20,087 nucleotides of DNA from Candidatus Bathyarchaeum sp. (GTDB taxonomy: Archaea; Thermoproteota; Bathyarchaeia; Bathyarchaeales; Bathyarchaeaceae), in assembly GCA_026014495.1 (NCBI GenBank), contig JAOZIF010000074.1, forward strand, positions 1 through 20,087, given 5' to 3'. This document shows positions 1 to 7,770 of this stretch, in pieces (positions within the stretch are counted from its first letter, which is position 1; each line of letters opens with the position of its first letter). The position numbers were made by a program, and so were the translations under genes. Under the pieces are notes generated by a model, which saw only the letters and a program-made list of their open reading frames with translations, was not told where the DNA came from and did no database searches.

Positions 1-5
1 AGTTG

Positions 6-82
6 TGGAGCCTCGGGCGGGATTTGAACCCGCGGCCAACAGCTTACGAGGCTGCCGCTCTACCGGGCTGAGCCACCGAGGC
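6..82 (-). tRNA. tRNA-Thr, anticodon CGT, intron-less, CCA encoded
   Basis: Reverse complement folds as a cloverleaf: acceptor GCCTCGG/CCGAGGC, D arm GCTC...GAGC, anticodon arm GCAGC-CTCGTAA-GCTGT, T arm GCGGG-TTCAAAT-CCCGC, discriminator T, then CCA. Anticodon at 46-48. Confidence 0.97.
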
Positions 83-110
83 ACATACTGTGAACTGAGC
101 GAAATACACA

Positions 111-118
111 TTTTTAAG
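111..118 (-). promoter_or_regulatory. Probable TATA box of the tRNA-Thr gene
   Basis: CTTAAAAA on the minus strand about 30 nt upstream of the mature tRNA 5' end (82). Confidence 0.45.
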
Positions 119-239
119 ATGTTCGGGAGTAAACAGTCATCACAACTGTAGCACTGACTTTTTGGTCGAGGATATGACCCAAAAAAATGGTTGATTCTAT
201 GTAATCTGATGGCTTTTACAGTGTCTTGCAATCATCTGC

Positions 240-271
240 AAAAAATTGAAAGTTGGGGGTTCCCAACTTTT
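240..271 (-). terminator. Hairpin plus T-tract terminator of the NosD-like gene
   Basis: Perfect 9-bp stem AAAGTTGGG (249-257) / CCCAACTTT (262-270) with a 4-nt loop, starting just after the stop at 274. On the minus strand it is followed by CAATTTTTT. Confidence 0.6.
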
Positions 272-273
272 GC

Positions 274-1944
274 TTATTCTTTCTTTGTCTTTAAGAAGTA
301 TAGACTAGCTACTCCAACGACGACGGCTATTGCTATTGCTGCTATAATCAAGGTTACTGAAAACGATTCTTCATCTGTTTCTGCGGGTTCTGCTCCTTCG
401 GCGATTGTAAAGTAGACTGTTTTAGAGGCTTCAGTGAGGTCGTCTGCGGCTTGTGCATAAACTGTCAAACTGTGTGTGCCTTCAGCTAGGTCGGAGAAAG
501 TTTTGCTGCCAGTGATAGTGACGTTTGCTTGTCCATCTAAGCTATATTGTATTAGTGATGCGTCTTCAGTTACAGTAAACTCGACAGTGACGTCGGTTGT
601 TGTGTATGTCTTGTTTTCAGGCGAACTAATGACTATTCCAAAAGGAGTTCCATAAGGCATAAGCGGATAACTATCTACGTTGCTTCCGTAAAGAGTGTAA
701 GGCGTATCACCTATTCCGTCACTACCATCCTCATCTTGGTCTTCACCACTCATCACGTCAACACCAGTATAGTCGCTCCAATAATTTCCACCCAGAGGAT
801 AAGAGACATCCCAAATGTTAGTTGACCTTGTTATAGATGTGTCATAGGAATTTTTATCGTAAAACTGGTCTGTATTATCGACAAAATAGTTGCCTCTAAT
901 CAGGTTATTTGAAGACTCTGAAAAGCCTATGCCAATATCGTTGTCTGTTATGTTGTTTGTAAAAATATAATTTTGCGAAGAATCAAAAAGGAATAGCCCC
1001 TCTACGTTGGTGCATATATTGTTTGAAGCTATGCTGTTTGCCGTTGAACCGCTACTAAGCTGGACTCCTCTATAGTTTTCAAAAATGTTGTTTTCGCTAA
1101 CGGTATTAGCTGAACACGCAAAGAACCCTATTCCAGTGTAGTTGTCTGTTAGGTTGTTTTGGGTTATTGCCGATCCTGTTGTGTAAGCCAACAATATGCC
1201 ATGTGCATTGTTCGCTAACTCCATATCGTAGACTGTTACGTTGTCACAGTTTACAAGAGCAAGATATCCTGCATCTGGATAAGTGCTTGGGCTTATAACT
1301 AAATCAGTTTTACTAACCAAGTAGTAGACTTTTTTGCCGTTAACTGTATTTGAGGTGTCAATAGTATGATCGTAGTGTGCACCTTCAGTTCCATAAATTG
1401 CGAGGTTATGTGTGTTGTTCATGAAGTTGTTTGTAAGTGTGATGTATGAGGATGATTCAATATCGATGCCTACATCGTTGTTTGTTAGTGTGTTTCCGCT
1501 AATTGTGTTGTCTGATGATGTGTAGGCACTGATTCCATATCCGTTGTATGTTAGAGTGTTTCCAGTTATTGTGCATCCAGTGCTGTTCAACAAAAATATG
1601 CCATAAAACGCAGACCCTACCTGCAGGTTCTTGACTGTTACGCTGGATGCGTACGACAAATCTATTCCGGCATCTAGCCCTGATACAATAGAGTAGCCTG
1701 CTCCATCGATTACAAGGTTGCTACAGTCAACATCAATGTAGTAACCGTAGATGTCACCTGTAAGAGTGTAAACGTTTCCATCCTTTTCTATCGGGAGTGT
1801 TTCGCCTGTTGAAACGTAAATGCTCCCATCACTTTCGATGTAGATAATTCCTTCAGTAGTTTGTGAACTAACTGTTTGAGTGTTGATTGCACATAAAGAA
1901 AATGTGATTAAAAAAACTAGAAACATAACTTTTTTTGTTTTCAT
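274..1944 (-). CDS. Secreted, C-terminally membrane-anchored right-handed beta-helix protein (NosD/CASH-like) with a C-terminal Ig-like module, 556 aa
   Basis: N-terminal signal peptide. Many 'N.I..N..GI.L..S..N.I..N' repeats. 'GGNYWSDY...DGIGDTPY' motif typical of NosD-domain surface proteins. 'YSLDG..N.T...GTHSLTVYA' Ig-like module. Terminal TM helix followed by KTKKE. Confidence 0.88.
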   Translation of the reverse strand: MKTKKVMFLVFLITFSLCAINTQTVSSQTTEGIIYIESDGSIYVSTGETLPIEKDGNVYTLTGDIYGYYIDVDCSNLVIDGAGYSIVSGLDAGIDLSYASSVTVKNLQVGSAFYGIFLLNSTGCTITGNTLTYNGYGISAYTSSDNTISGNTLTNNDVGIDIESSSYITLTNNFMNNTHNLAIYGTEGAHYDHTIDTSNTVNGKKVYYLVSKTDLVISPSTYPDAGYLALVNCDNVTVYDMELANNAHGILLAYTTGSAITQNNLTDNYTGIGFFACSANTVSENNIFENYRGVQLSSGSTANSIASNNICTNVEGLFLFDSSQNYIFTNNITDNDIGIGFSESSNNLIRGNYFVDNTDQFYDKNSYDTSITRSTNIWDVSYPLGGNYWSDYTGVDVMSGEDQDEDGSDGIGDTPYTLYGSNVDSYPLMPYGTPFGIVISSPENKTYTTTDVTVEFTVTEDASLIQYSLDGQANVTITGSKTFSDLAEGTHSLTVYAQAADDLTEASKTVYFTIAEGAEPAETDEESFSVTLIIAAIAIAVVVGVASLYFLKTKKE

Positions 1945-2152
1945 TTTTTTCCCTACTTACCATATATCTAGTTGCAACATCCTTTGTATTCATTTGATAT
2001 GAGGTTGTTGCTTTAACGACAAACATCGTCATAATGATTTGGTATAAAAAACTTTTTCAGAATTAACAAACTTGCATAATCATTAATGTTGAATTCTTCG
2101 ATAGGTAATTTTAAGACATTCGAAACAAACATTAGCTGCAGAGGTTCTCAAG

Positions 2153-3142
2153 TTGAGTTCAGCCAAGGAGCTGGGCGAAAGGAAAATCATAAAATTAATC
2201 CTAAACTGCCTAGACCAGATGCCCAACATGCCACTTCCTTTTGGAGACGACGCCTCCGCAGTAGACCTTGGAGACAACAAACTAGCCGTAATAAACATGG
2301 ACATGCTTGTCAGAAAAACTGATGTCCCAAAAGCCATGAGCCATTGGCAAGCAGCCCGCAAAGCAATAATAATGAACATAAGCGACCTCGCAGCAAAGGG
2401 AGCAAAACCCGTTGTCCTCTTAGCATCTATTGGCGTACCTGAAGAGTTGACAAAAACGGAGATAATCGAGATTGGCAAGGGACTAAATTCTGGTGCTCGT
2501 GAATATGGCGCTTACATACTGGGCGGAGATACCAACCAAGCTTCTGATTTGATAATAAGTTGTATGGCGCTCGGATTATGCAGCAAAAATAATCTGCTTA
2601 AACGTAGCGGCGCAAAGGCTGGTGACTACGTGGCAGTGACTGGGGCTTTTGGAAAAACAACGTGTGGCTTGAAGATTTTACTGGATGGTCTTTTTGCTCC
2701 CGAAATTCAGAGTGAACTTGTTGACTCTGTTTTTATGCCAAAGGCAAGAGTTCAAGAGGGCTTGGTTTTAGCGCAATCTAAAGCAGTAACAGCCTCTATT
2801 GATGTCAGCGACGGATTAGCATGGAGTCTCCATGAGCTTTCCAAGGTAAACAATGTGGGTTTTAGTCTTGACAATCTTCCAGTAGCTCCTGAAGTTGAAC
2901 GATTTGCGGATGTTTTTGGTTTTGATTGGGTGGACCTAGCTTTGTATGGTGGAGAGGAATACGAGCTTTTGGTAACTGTCAAGCCAGAGTTATGGCAAAA
3001 AGCAGCAAAAGCGATAGAAACAGTTGGGGGTTCGCTTACAAAGATTGGAGTAGTTACCAAAGAGAAGAATATTGCACTAAAACTAGACGAAAAAACTGTT
3101 CGCGTAGAGCCTCGGGGATGGGAACACTTTAAAACAGAATAG
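2153..3142 (+). CDS. thiL: Thiamine-monophosphate kinase
   Basis: Motifs ELGE..II, GDDA, D.LV...D, NISDLAAKGAKP, GGDT, IDVSDGL, ALYGGEEYEL and GWEHF C-terminus. TTG start preceded by GAGGT. Confidence 0.95.
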   Translation: MSSAKELGERKIIKLILNCLDQMPNMPLPFGDDASAVDLGDNKLAVINMDMLVRKTDVPKAMSHWQAARKAIIMNISDLAAKGAKPVVLLASIGVPEELTKTEIIEIGKGLNSGAREYGAYILGGDTNQASDLIISCMALGLCSKNNLLKRSGAKAGDYVAVTGAFGKTTCGLKILLDGLFAPEIQSELVDSVFMPKARVQEGLVLAQSKAVTASIDVSDGLAWSLHELSKVNNVGFSLDNLPVAPEVERFADVFGFDWVDLALYGGEEYELLVTVKPELWQKAAKAIETVGGSLTKIGVVTKEKNIALKLDEKTVRVEPRGWEHFKTE

Positions 3143-3172
3143 CTGAAAGACAAGAAAAGAAGGACAAACACT

Positions 3173-4267
3173 ATGATAAGGTCTTGCGATTCGGGAAGCA
3201 TGCCATTTGTAGGCGATTCTGCAAAGTTTTTGGTGGGAGCAGAGCAGTTCAGGCTACATCAAAGGGAGGAGTCTGCAGAGTACTTCGAAAAATGTGTGGT
3301 TGAAAGTTTTCTTGACAAACTCGGTGTTAAGCTTGAGGTCCCGAATTATCCTCAATTCAGAGACATGAGTGAAATGTTGCTGTCCATGATGGATGGATTA
3401 GAAAAAATTGATGCAGGCTACTTGGAGACCAAGGTTCCTTCTTTAAACAGCGATGGAAATCAAATTCCTGAAGTTTTGGCTATAGAACAGAATTCTCAGA
3501 TAATTCAGGAAAAGGCGAACAACACTTTCGAAGTTAGAGTTTGTGTCACAGGACCATACACGCTTGCCTCGTTTTTTCCTTACAAAGATGAAGAAATCTT
3601 TAGCAGACTAGGAAACGTTGTCGCCAAAATTGTTGAACAAAATATTTTCAGTAACAAACACGGCAAAACAAGTTTGATTTCAGTTGATGAACCACTATTC
3701 GGGTTGCTAGATGACCCGTTAATTGATTTTGGTTCCAAAGGACGAGAAAACCTTCTAGACACGTGGGAAACAATTTTTCACAAAGCCAAATCCAAAAACG
3801 CCCAGACAATGTTACATCTTCACAGCACAGCAAACCCACTTTTCTGGGAAATACCCTCATTAGAGGTAATCGACTCGCATGTTGACGACCCCATCACTAA
3901 AATGAAAAAAACTGGAGAACTGCTGGAGTCAAAAGACAAGTTTTTGAAGGCAAGTGTAACAGTTAACGACTTTGACCTGTTGATTAAAAACAAGATTGTT
4001 GCAGATTCAAAAGAAAAACTGGCTGAATCAAACATAAACGAGAAAATTGCTGACACTTGGACCCAAATCAACCATGGACTAATTGACCCCATAATATTTC
4101 TGGACACAGTAGACACCATGAAGAATCGGCTGGCTAATGTTGTTGAACGGTTTGGAGAACAAAGAATCCTGTATTCAGGACCAGAATGTGGACTAAAAGG
4201 ATACCCAACATACCAAAATGCAATTGAATGCTTAAGACGTGCTTCCAGTGTCGTCAAAAGTTTCTAG
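3173..4267 (+). CDS. Core (MetE C-terminal-domain-like) methionine synthase family protein, folate-binding domain absent, 364 aa
   Basis: N-terminal D.GS.P; VPNYPQFRDM; VCVTGP; S.DEP..G; H-x-H at H215/H217; GPECGL (C339). Single-barrel length. Recognised from memory as resembling the methanogen/anaerobic archaeal PRK06052-type family. Confidence 0.75.
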   Translation: MIRSCDSGSMPFVGDSAKFLVGAEQFRLHQREESAEYFEKCVVESFLDKLGVKLEVPNYPQFRDMSEMLLSMMDGLEKIDAGYLETKVPSLNSDGNQIPEVLAIEQNSQIIQEKANNTFEVRVCVTGPYTLASFFPYKDEEIFSRLGNVVAKIVEQNIFSNKHGKTSLISVDEPLFGLLDDPLIDFGSKGRENLLDTWETIFHKAKSKNAQTMLHLHSTANPLFWEIPSLEVIDSHVDDPITKMKKTGELLESKDKFLKASVTVNDFDLLIKNKIVADSKEKLAESNINEKIADTWTQINHGLIDPIIFLDTVDTMKNRLANVVERFGEQRILYSGPECGLKGYPTYQNAIECLRRASSVVKSF

Positions 4268-4319
4268 AACAGCTAATTGACTTCATGTAAATCAAACAAG
4301 AGTTTTCATAATGAACCTT

Positions 4320-4877
4320 TTAGTTTTCTTTAGGTTCAACGTTTAGTAATGCTAAAAGATTATGCACTATGTTGTATGTTAGTCCCCAGATTGACTTATT
4401 TTCTATGAGGTACGCGGGATATTCTTTGAGGTTGAATTTGACGTTTCCTTTACTGTGAACCAACTCTGCTATGGGCATCCAAAAGTATTCTGATAGTTCT
4501 TCATTCAGGTTTATTGCTTGTTCTTTTTCTTGCAGTATCACAAATGGAAGAATTTTCATGTCAGGTTTTTGTATCGACCTCACAGGCTCCATTGTTCCAA
4601 GAAAGCGGCAACCATCAAGAAGATTTATGCCTGTCTCCTCTAAGGTTTCTCTGACTGCGGTTGCTTGCAAATCTTTGTCGTTTGAGTCACGTTTTCCTCC
4701 AGGAAGAGCAGTTTGCCCTGACCATGTGTCATTTGGGTTTTCGGCTCTTTTCACAAATAAAACCTGAACGCCGCTATCAGATTCTTTCAAAAGAGCAACA
4801 ACTGCAGCTTTTGCATTAACAGAACATGTTGATTTTAGGGTCTTAGCAAGGTGGTCTATGATTACTTTAGCATCCAC
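4320..4877 (-). CDS. Nudix hydrolase, CoA pyrophosphatase (NudL/PCD1-like) subfamily
   Basis: AAVVALL...LFVKR...WSGQTALPGG (UPF0035-like motif), Nudix box GGKRD...AVRETLEETG, C-terminal IWGLT. GTG start with upstream GAGGA. Confidence 0.88.
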   Translation of the reverse strand: MDAKVIIDHLAKTLKSTCSVNAKAAVVALLKESDSGVQVLFVKRAENPNDTWSGQTALPGGKRDSNDKDLQATAVRETLEETGINLLDGCRFLGTMEPVRSIQKPDMKILPFVILQEKEQAINLNEELSEYFWMPIAELVHSKGNVKFNLKEYPAYLIENKSIWGLTYNIVHNLLALLNVEPKEN

Positions 4878-4935
4878 TTTTGGCTCTTCCTCAGGTTACG
4901 TGTACAGTTTAGCTTAGGGGTATGAAAAATTTGTG

Positions 4936-5340
4936 TTAATCTTTTGCCAAACTCAGTTTCTTAACTGTTAGTCGGTCAACATCTAAACTCAAGTTTTCGA
5001 GATTGTCCTCCCAAAAAATTTCCTGAGCCTCCTTACACACAGGCTCCCCCTCATAATCCGTAATACAATAACAGTATGCATGCTGTCGTTCGCCGTTGCT
5101 TGCCACATAGTAGTTCTTGCACACAAACTTCATGTCGTTGACTTTGATACCCAACTCTTCTTTCATTTCCCTCTTTAACGCGTCCTCTAAGCTTTCGTTG
5201 GGTTCCACATGCCCAGCAGGCAAACATACAATCCCGGGGTCAACCTTTTTGTCCATTCTGCGACGCTCAACCAAAAATTTGTTGTTCTTAACAATTATCC
5301 CAACAACAACATCAACAACTTCCAAAATGCACCCACTCAC
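4936..5340 (-). CDS. Nudix hydrolase, MutT-like, 134 aa
   Basis: Nudix box PAGHVEPNESLEDALKREMKEELG and an N-terminal VV.GII...KFL..RR strand. GTG start. Confidence 0.88.
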   Translation of the reverse strand: MSGCILEVVDVVVGIIVKNNKFLVERRRMDKKVDPGIVCLPAGHVEPNESLEDALKREMKEELGIKVNDMKFVCKNYYVASNGERQHAYCYCITDYEGEPVCKEAQEIFWEDNLENLSLDVDRLTVKKLSLAKD

Positions 5341-5465
5341 TTCTAGTTAGAAGAAATTAAGCTCAGAGCATATAATTTAAACATTTTTCATTAGCCTTTG
5401 CAAATTTTAGTCCAGTACACCCGTTTTCTGAGTTGCCAAAATAGCGTTATCAATAGTACAGTATG

Positions 5466-5473
5466 TTTATAAA
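5466..5473 (+). promoter_or_regulatory. Candidate TATA box for the membrane protein/KamA operon
   Basis: TTTATAAA about 140 nt upstream of the GTG at 5616. Position only, and the BRE is not convincing. Confidence 0.4.
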
Positions 5474-5615
5474 GTCCCCACCGAATGTATTTCATGTTGC
5501 ATTAATTGAACAATTGTCGACCTAGATTGTATGCGTAAATCTGCATTATGCCGTAAGTGCATACGAAAACGTCGACATACGTTAACAATTTAGCACAATA
5601 AGGAATTGAAAAAGT

Positions 5616-6137
5616 GTGAATGCTTTACGTGAAGAAATTAGGTACACTCTCCCAAAATTAATTGCGAATGTGGCGATTGCTCTTGCTTTTGTAGGGATGA
5701 GTTATGCCGTCCTATGGACGCTAACCAGTATCAGCAGCGAAATCGCGTATCTATTACAGATAGGATTATTGCTTGCAGCTGGAATCTTTCTAGCACGCAC
5801 CCTGTTTGATGCCTTAAGAATCGTCGATAATGTAACAGGAATTTTTGTTAGACTTGTTGGCATCAAAGATGGATTATCTAGACAGCGAGTCTTCAAAGAC
5901 ACCATGTACATAGTTGCCATTCTTTTGGTGACCGCTGCAGTATTTCCTGTTTTTAGTAACATGTCATCTTTTGGTTCAGTGTTGCAGGAAATCAGTACGT
6001 ATGCTGCTTTGGGTCTGATTTTGTTGTTCGTGTATGATATTGGACGAACTTTCTACAAAATTACCGAAAAAAAGGCTAACTCGGTTGCAAATCACTTTTC
6101 AAATTCAAGTAACGAGGAGAAGACTAATGAAAAATAG
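5616..6137 (+). CDS. Hypothetical 4-TM membrane protein, 173 aa
   Basis: Four hydrophobic helices. GTG start with AAGGA upstream. Its stop overlaps the KamA-family start by 11 nt. Confidence 0.8.
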   Translation: MNALREEIRYTLPKLIANVAIALAFVGMSYAVLWTLTSISSEIAYLLQIGLLLAAGIFLARTLFDALRIVDNVTGIFVRLVGIKDGLSRQRVFKDTMYIVAILLVTAAVFPVFSNMSSFGSVLQEISTYAALGLILLFVYDIGRTFYKITEKKANSVANHFSNSSNEEKTNEK

Positions 6138-7248
6138 TATTTGTACAGTTGAACAGCTCAAAGGCTTCATTGACCTGTCAGCTACAGAAGAGAAAAAATT
6201 GAGGCAGATTGTCAAAAATCATCCGATGCGTGTTACTCCATATTACATGTCGCTGATAGACTGGGACAATCCTGATGATCCTATACGAAAGATGGCGATT
6301 CCATCAATTGAAGAATTTAATCAACAGGGCGACTATGACACAAGTGGTGAAGCAGAAAACACCAAAATGTCTGGTCTTCAATACAAATACCAAGAGACAG
6401 CCCTGATATTAGCCACCAACAAGTGTGCAATGTATTGCAGGCACTGCTTTAGAAAGAGGTTGGTTGGCTTACAAACCAAGGAAATACTTGAACGCTTCGA
6501 AGATGCTGCAGATTACATAAAGCAACATGAACACATCAATAATGTTTTAGTCACTGGTGGTGACCCCCTTGTGCTCGAAAACGAAGTTATCGAAAAGCTT
6601 CTTTTGATTTTATCTGAAATTCCACAAATAAAGTTTATACGATTTGGTAGCAGGGCGCCAGTAACTTTTCCGTCACGGTTCAATGATGAGGAGCTTCTAC
6701 GAATTTTATCAAAGTATTCGCATCCAGACAGACGAATATACGTTGTCACCCAGTTTAACCATCCAAAAGAGATAACCAAACAGTCCATACACGCTGTAGA
6801 TAACCTGATAAAATCAGGCATTATAGTGAACAATCAAACAGTCTTACTAAAAAGCGTAAATGACAACGCTACAACTTTAGTTAATCTACTAAACAGACTT
6901 GTAAGTATTGGCGCAAACCCATACTATGTTTTCCAATGTAGACCAGTCAAGAGCGTGAAAAACAATTTCCAAGTGCCACTTTGCAGGGGAATAGACATTA
7001 TAGAAAAAGCAAAGGCACACTGTAACGGTCACAGTAAACGATTTAGATACATTATGTCACATAGAACGGGCAAAATAGAAGTACTTGGCGTATTCGACGA
7101 TGAGATATACTTCAAGTATCACCAAGCAAAAAACAGGAAAAGACTAGGCAAAATCTTCAAACACCCAGTTGATGAAACTGCTGGATGGCTCGACGATTTT
7201 GAGTCAACATCAATGCAAATGCTGGATGCAGTTCCCTATCCTTTGTAG
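6127..7248 (+). CDS. KamA-family (lysine 2,3-aminomutase-like) radical SAM/PLP enzyme, substrate uncertain, 373 aa
   Basis: PMRVTPYY..LIDW..P.DPIR, CAMYCRHCFRKR (C100/C104/C107), TGGDPL, RFGSR, NQTVLL, PYY..QC, GK (K316, PLP lysine). Start moved from 6034 to ATG 6127, which has GAGGAG upstream and matches the family length. Confidence 0.92.
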   Translation: MKNSICTVEQLKGFIDLSATEEKKLRQIVKNHPMRVTPYYMSLIDWDNPDDPIRKMAIPSIEEFNQQGDYDTSGEAENTKMSGLQYKYQETALILATNKCAMYCRHCFRKRLVGLQTKEILERFEDAADYIKQHEHINNVLVTGGDPLVLENEVIEKLLLILSEIPQIKFIRFGSRAPVTFPSRFNDEELLRILSKYSHPDRRIYVVTQFNHPKEITKQSIHAVDNLIKSGIIVNNQTVLLKSVNDNATTLVNLLNRLVSIGANPYYVFQCRPVKSVKNNFQVPLCRGIDIIEKAKAHCNGHSKRFRYIMSHRTGKIEVLGVFDDEIYFKYHQAKNRKRLGKIFKHPVDETAGWLDDFESTSMQMLDAVPYPL

Positions 7249-7568
7249 TATGTATCTTCGGTAACCGGATATATCTCCAGCGCCTTCACTGGACCATCTA
7301 GCACATGTGCAGTGTGCCGAACATTAGCCGGAACAAACATGCTGTCTTTTGAGGTCATAACAATTTTTTTGTCTTCAAAGATGAACTCCATTTTTCCCTC
7401 CAGAACAACAACAAGATGCTCTACTGGATGCGTGTGAAAAGGAATGTGCACGTCTTGGTTTTTCAACTCAAAGTAGTTGAGCGTTAACTCATTTCCGTGG
7501 ATAAGCCTTACGAGAACATCTTTGTACAGTTCTTTATGCAATAATGAATCTAATTGGAAAGATGACAT
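7236..7568 (-). CDS. Cupin domain protein, 110 aa
   Basis: Cupin motif 1 HTHPVEH..VVLEG.M and motif 2 SMFVPANVRH. ATG 7568 is preferred over GTG 7577 because AGGGTG lies upstream. Convergent 13-nt overlap with the KamA-family gene. Confidence 0.85.
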   Translation of the reverse strand: MSSFQLDSLLHKELYKDVLVRLIHGNELTLNYFELKNQDVHIPFHTHPVEHLVVVLEGKMEFIFEDKKIVMTSKDSMFVPANVRHTAHVLDGPVKALEIYPVTEDTYYKG

Positions 7569-7770
7569 GCAACACACCCTACAGTTTCTGATATGCTAAA
7601 GGAGCTGCTAACTTTATGTAGGTTGTGTCCCTGTGTGCACCAGTTTATTCGAGAGTTTTGCGTGTCTAATGTTAGATGTTTGCTTGTTTGCACATTTTTT
7701 TGGAAAGGTTTATCTTGCCTGAAGATTGGTTTTCCCATACACAACGCATCTGCAAAAAAACGTGACCAAC

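Noticed and set aside
1-300. tRNA-Thr as a possible integration site
   Set aside because: The tRNA 3' end faces out of the window, and no integrase or duplicated tRNA 3' fragment is seen inside it, so it cannot be assessed here.
2032-2085. 8-bp inverted repeat TAATGATT / AATCATTA with a 38-nt spacer in the NosD/thiL intergenic region
   Set aside because: Very AT-rich context and a long spacer, so likely chance.
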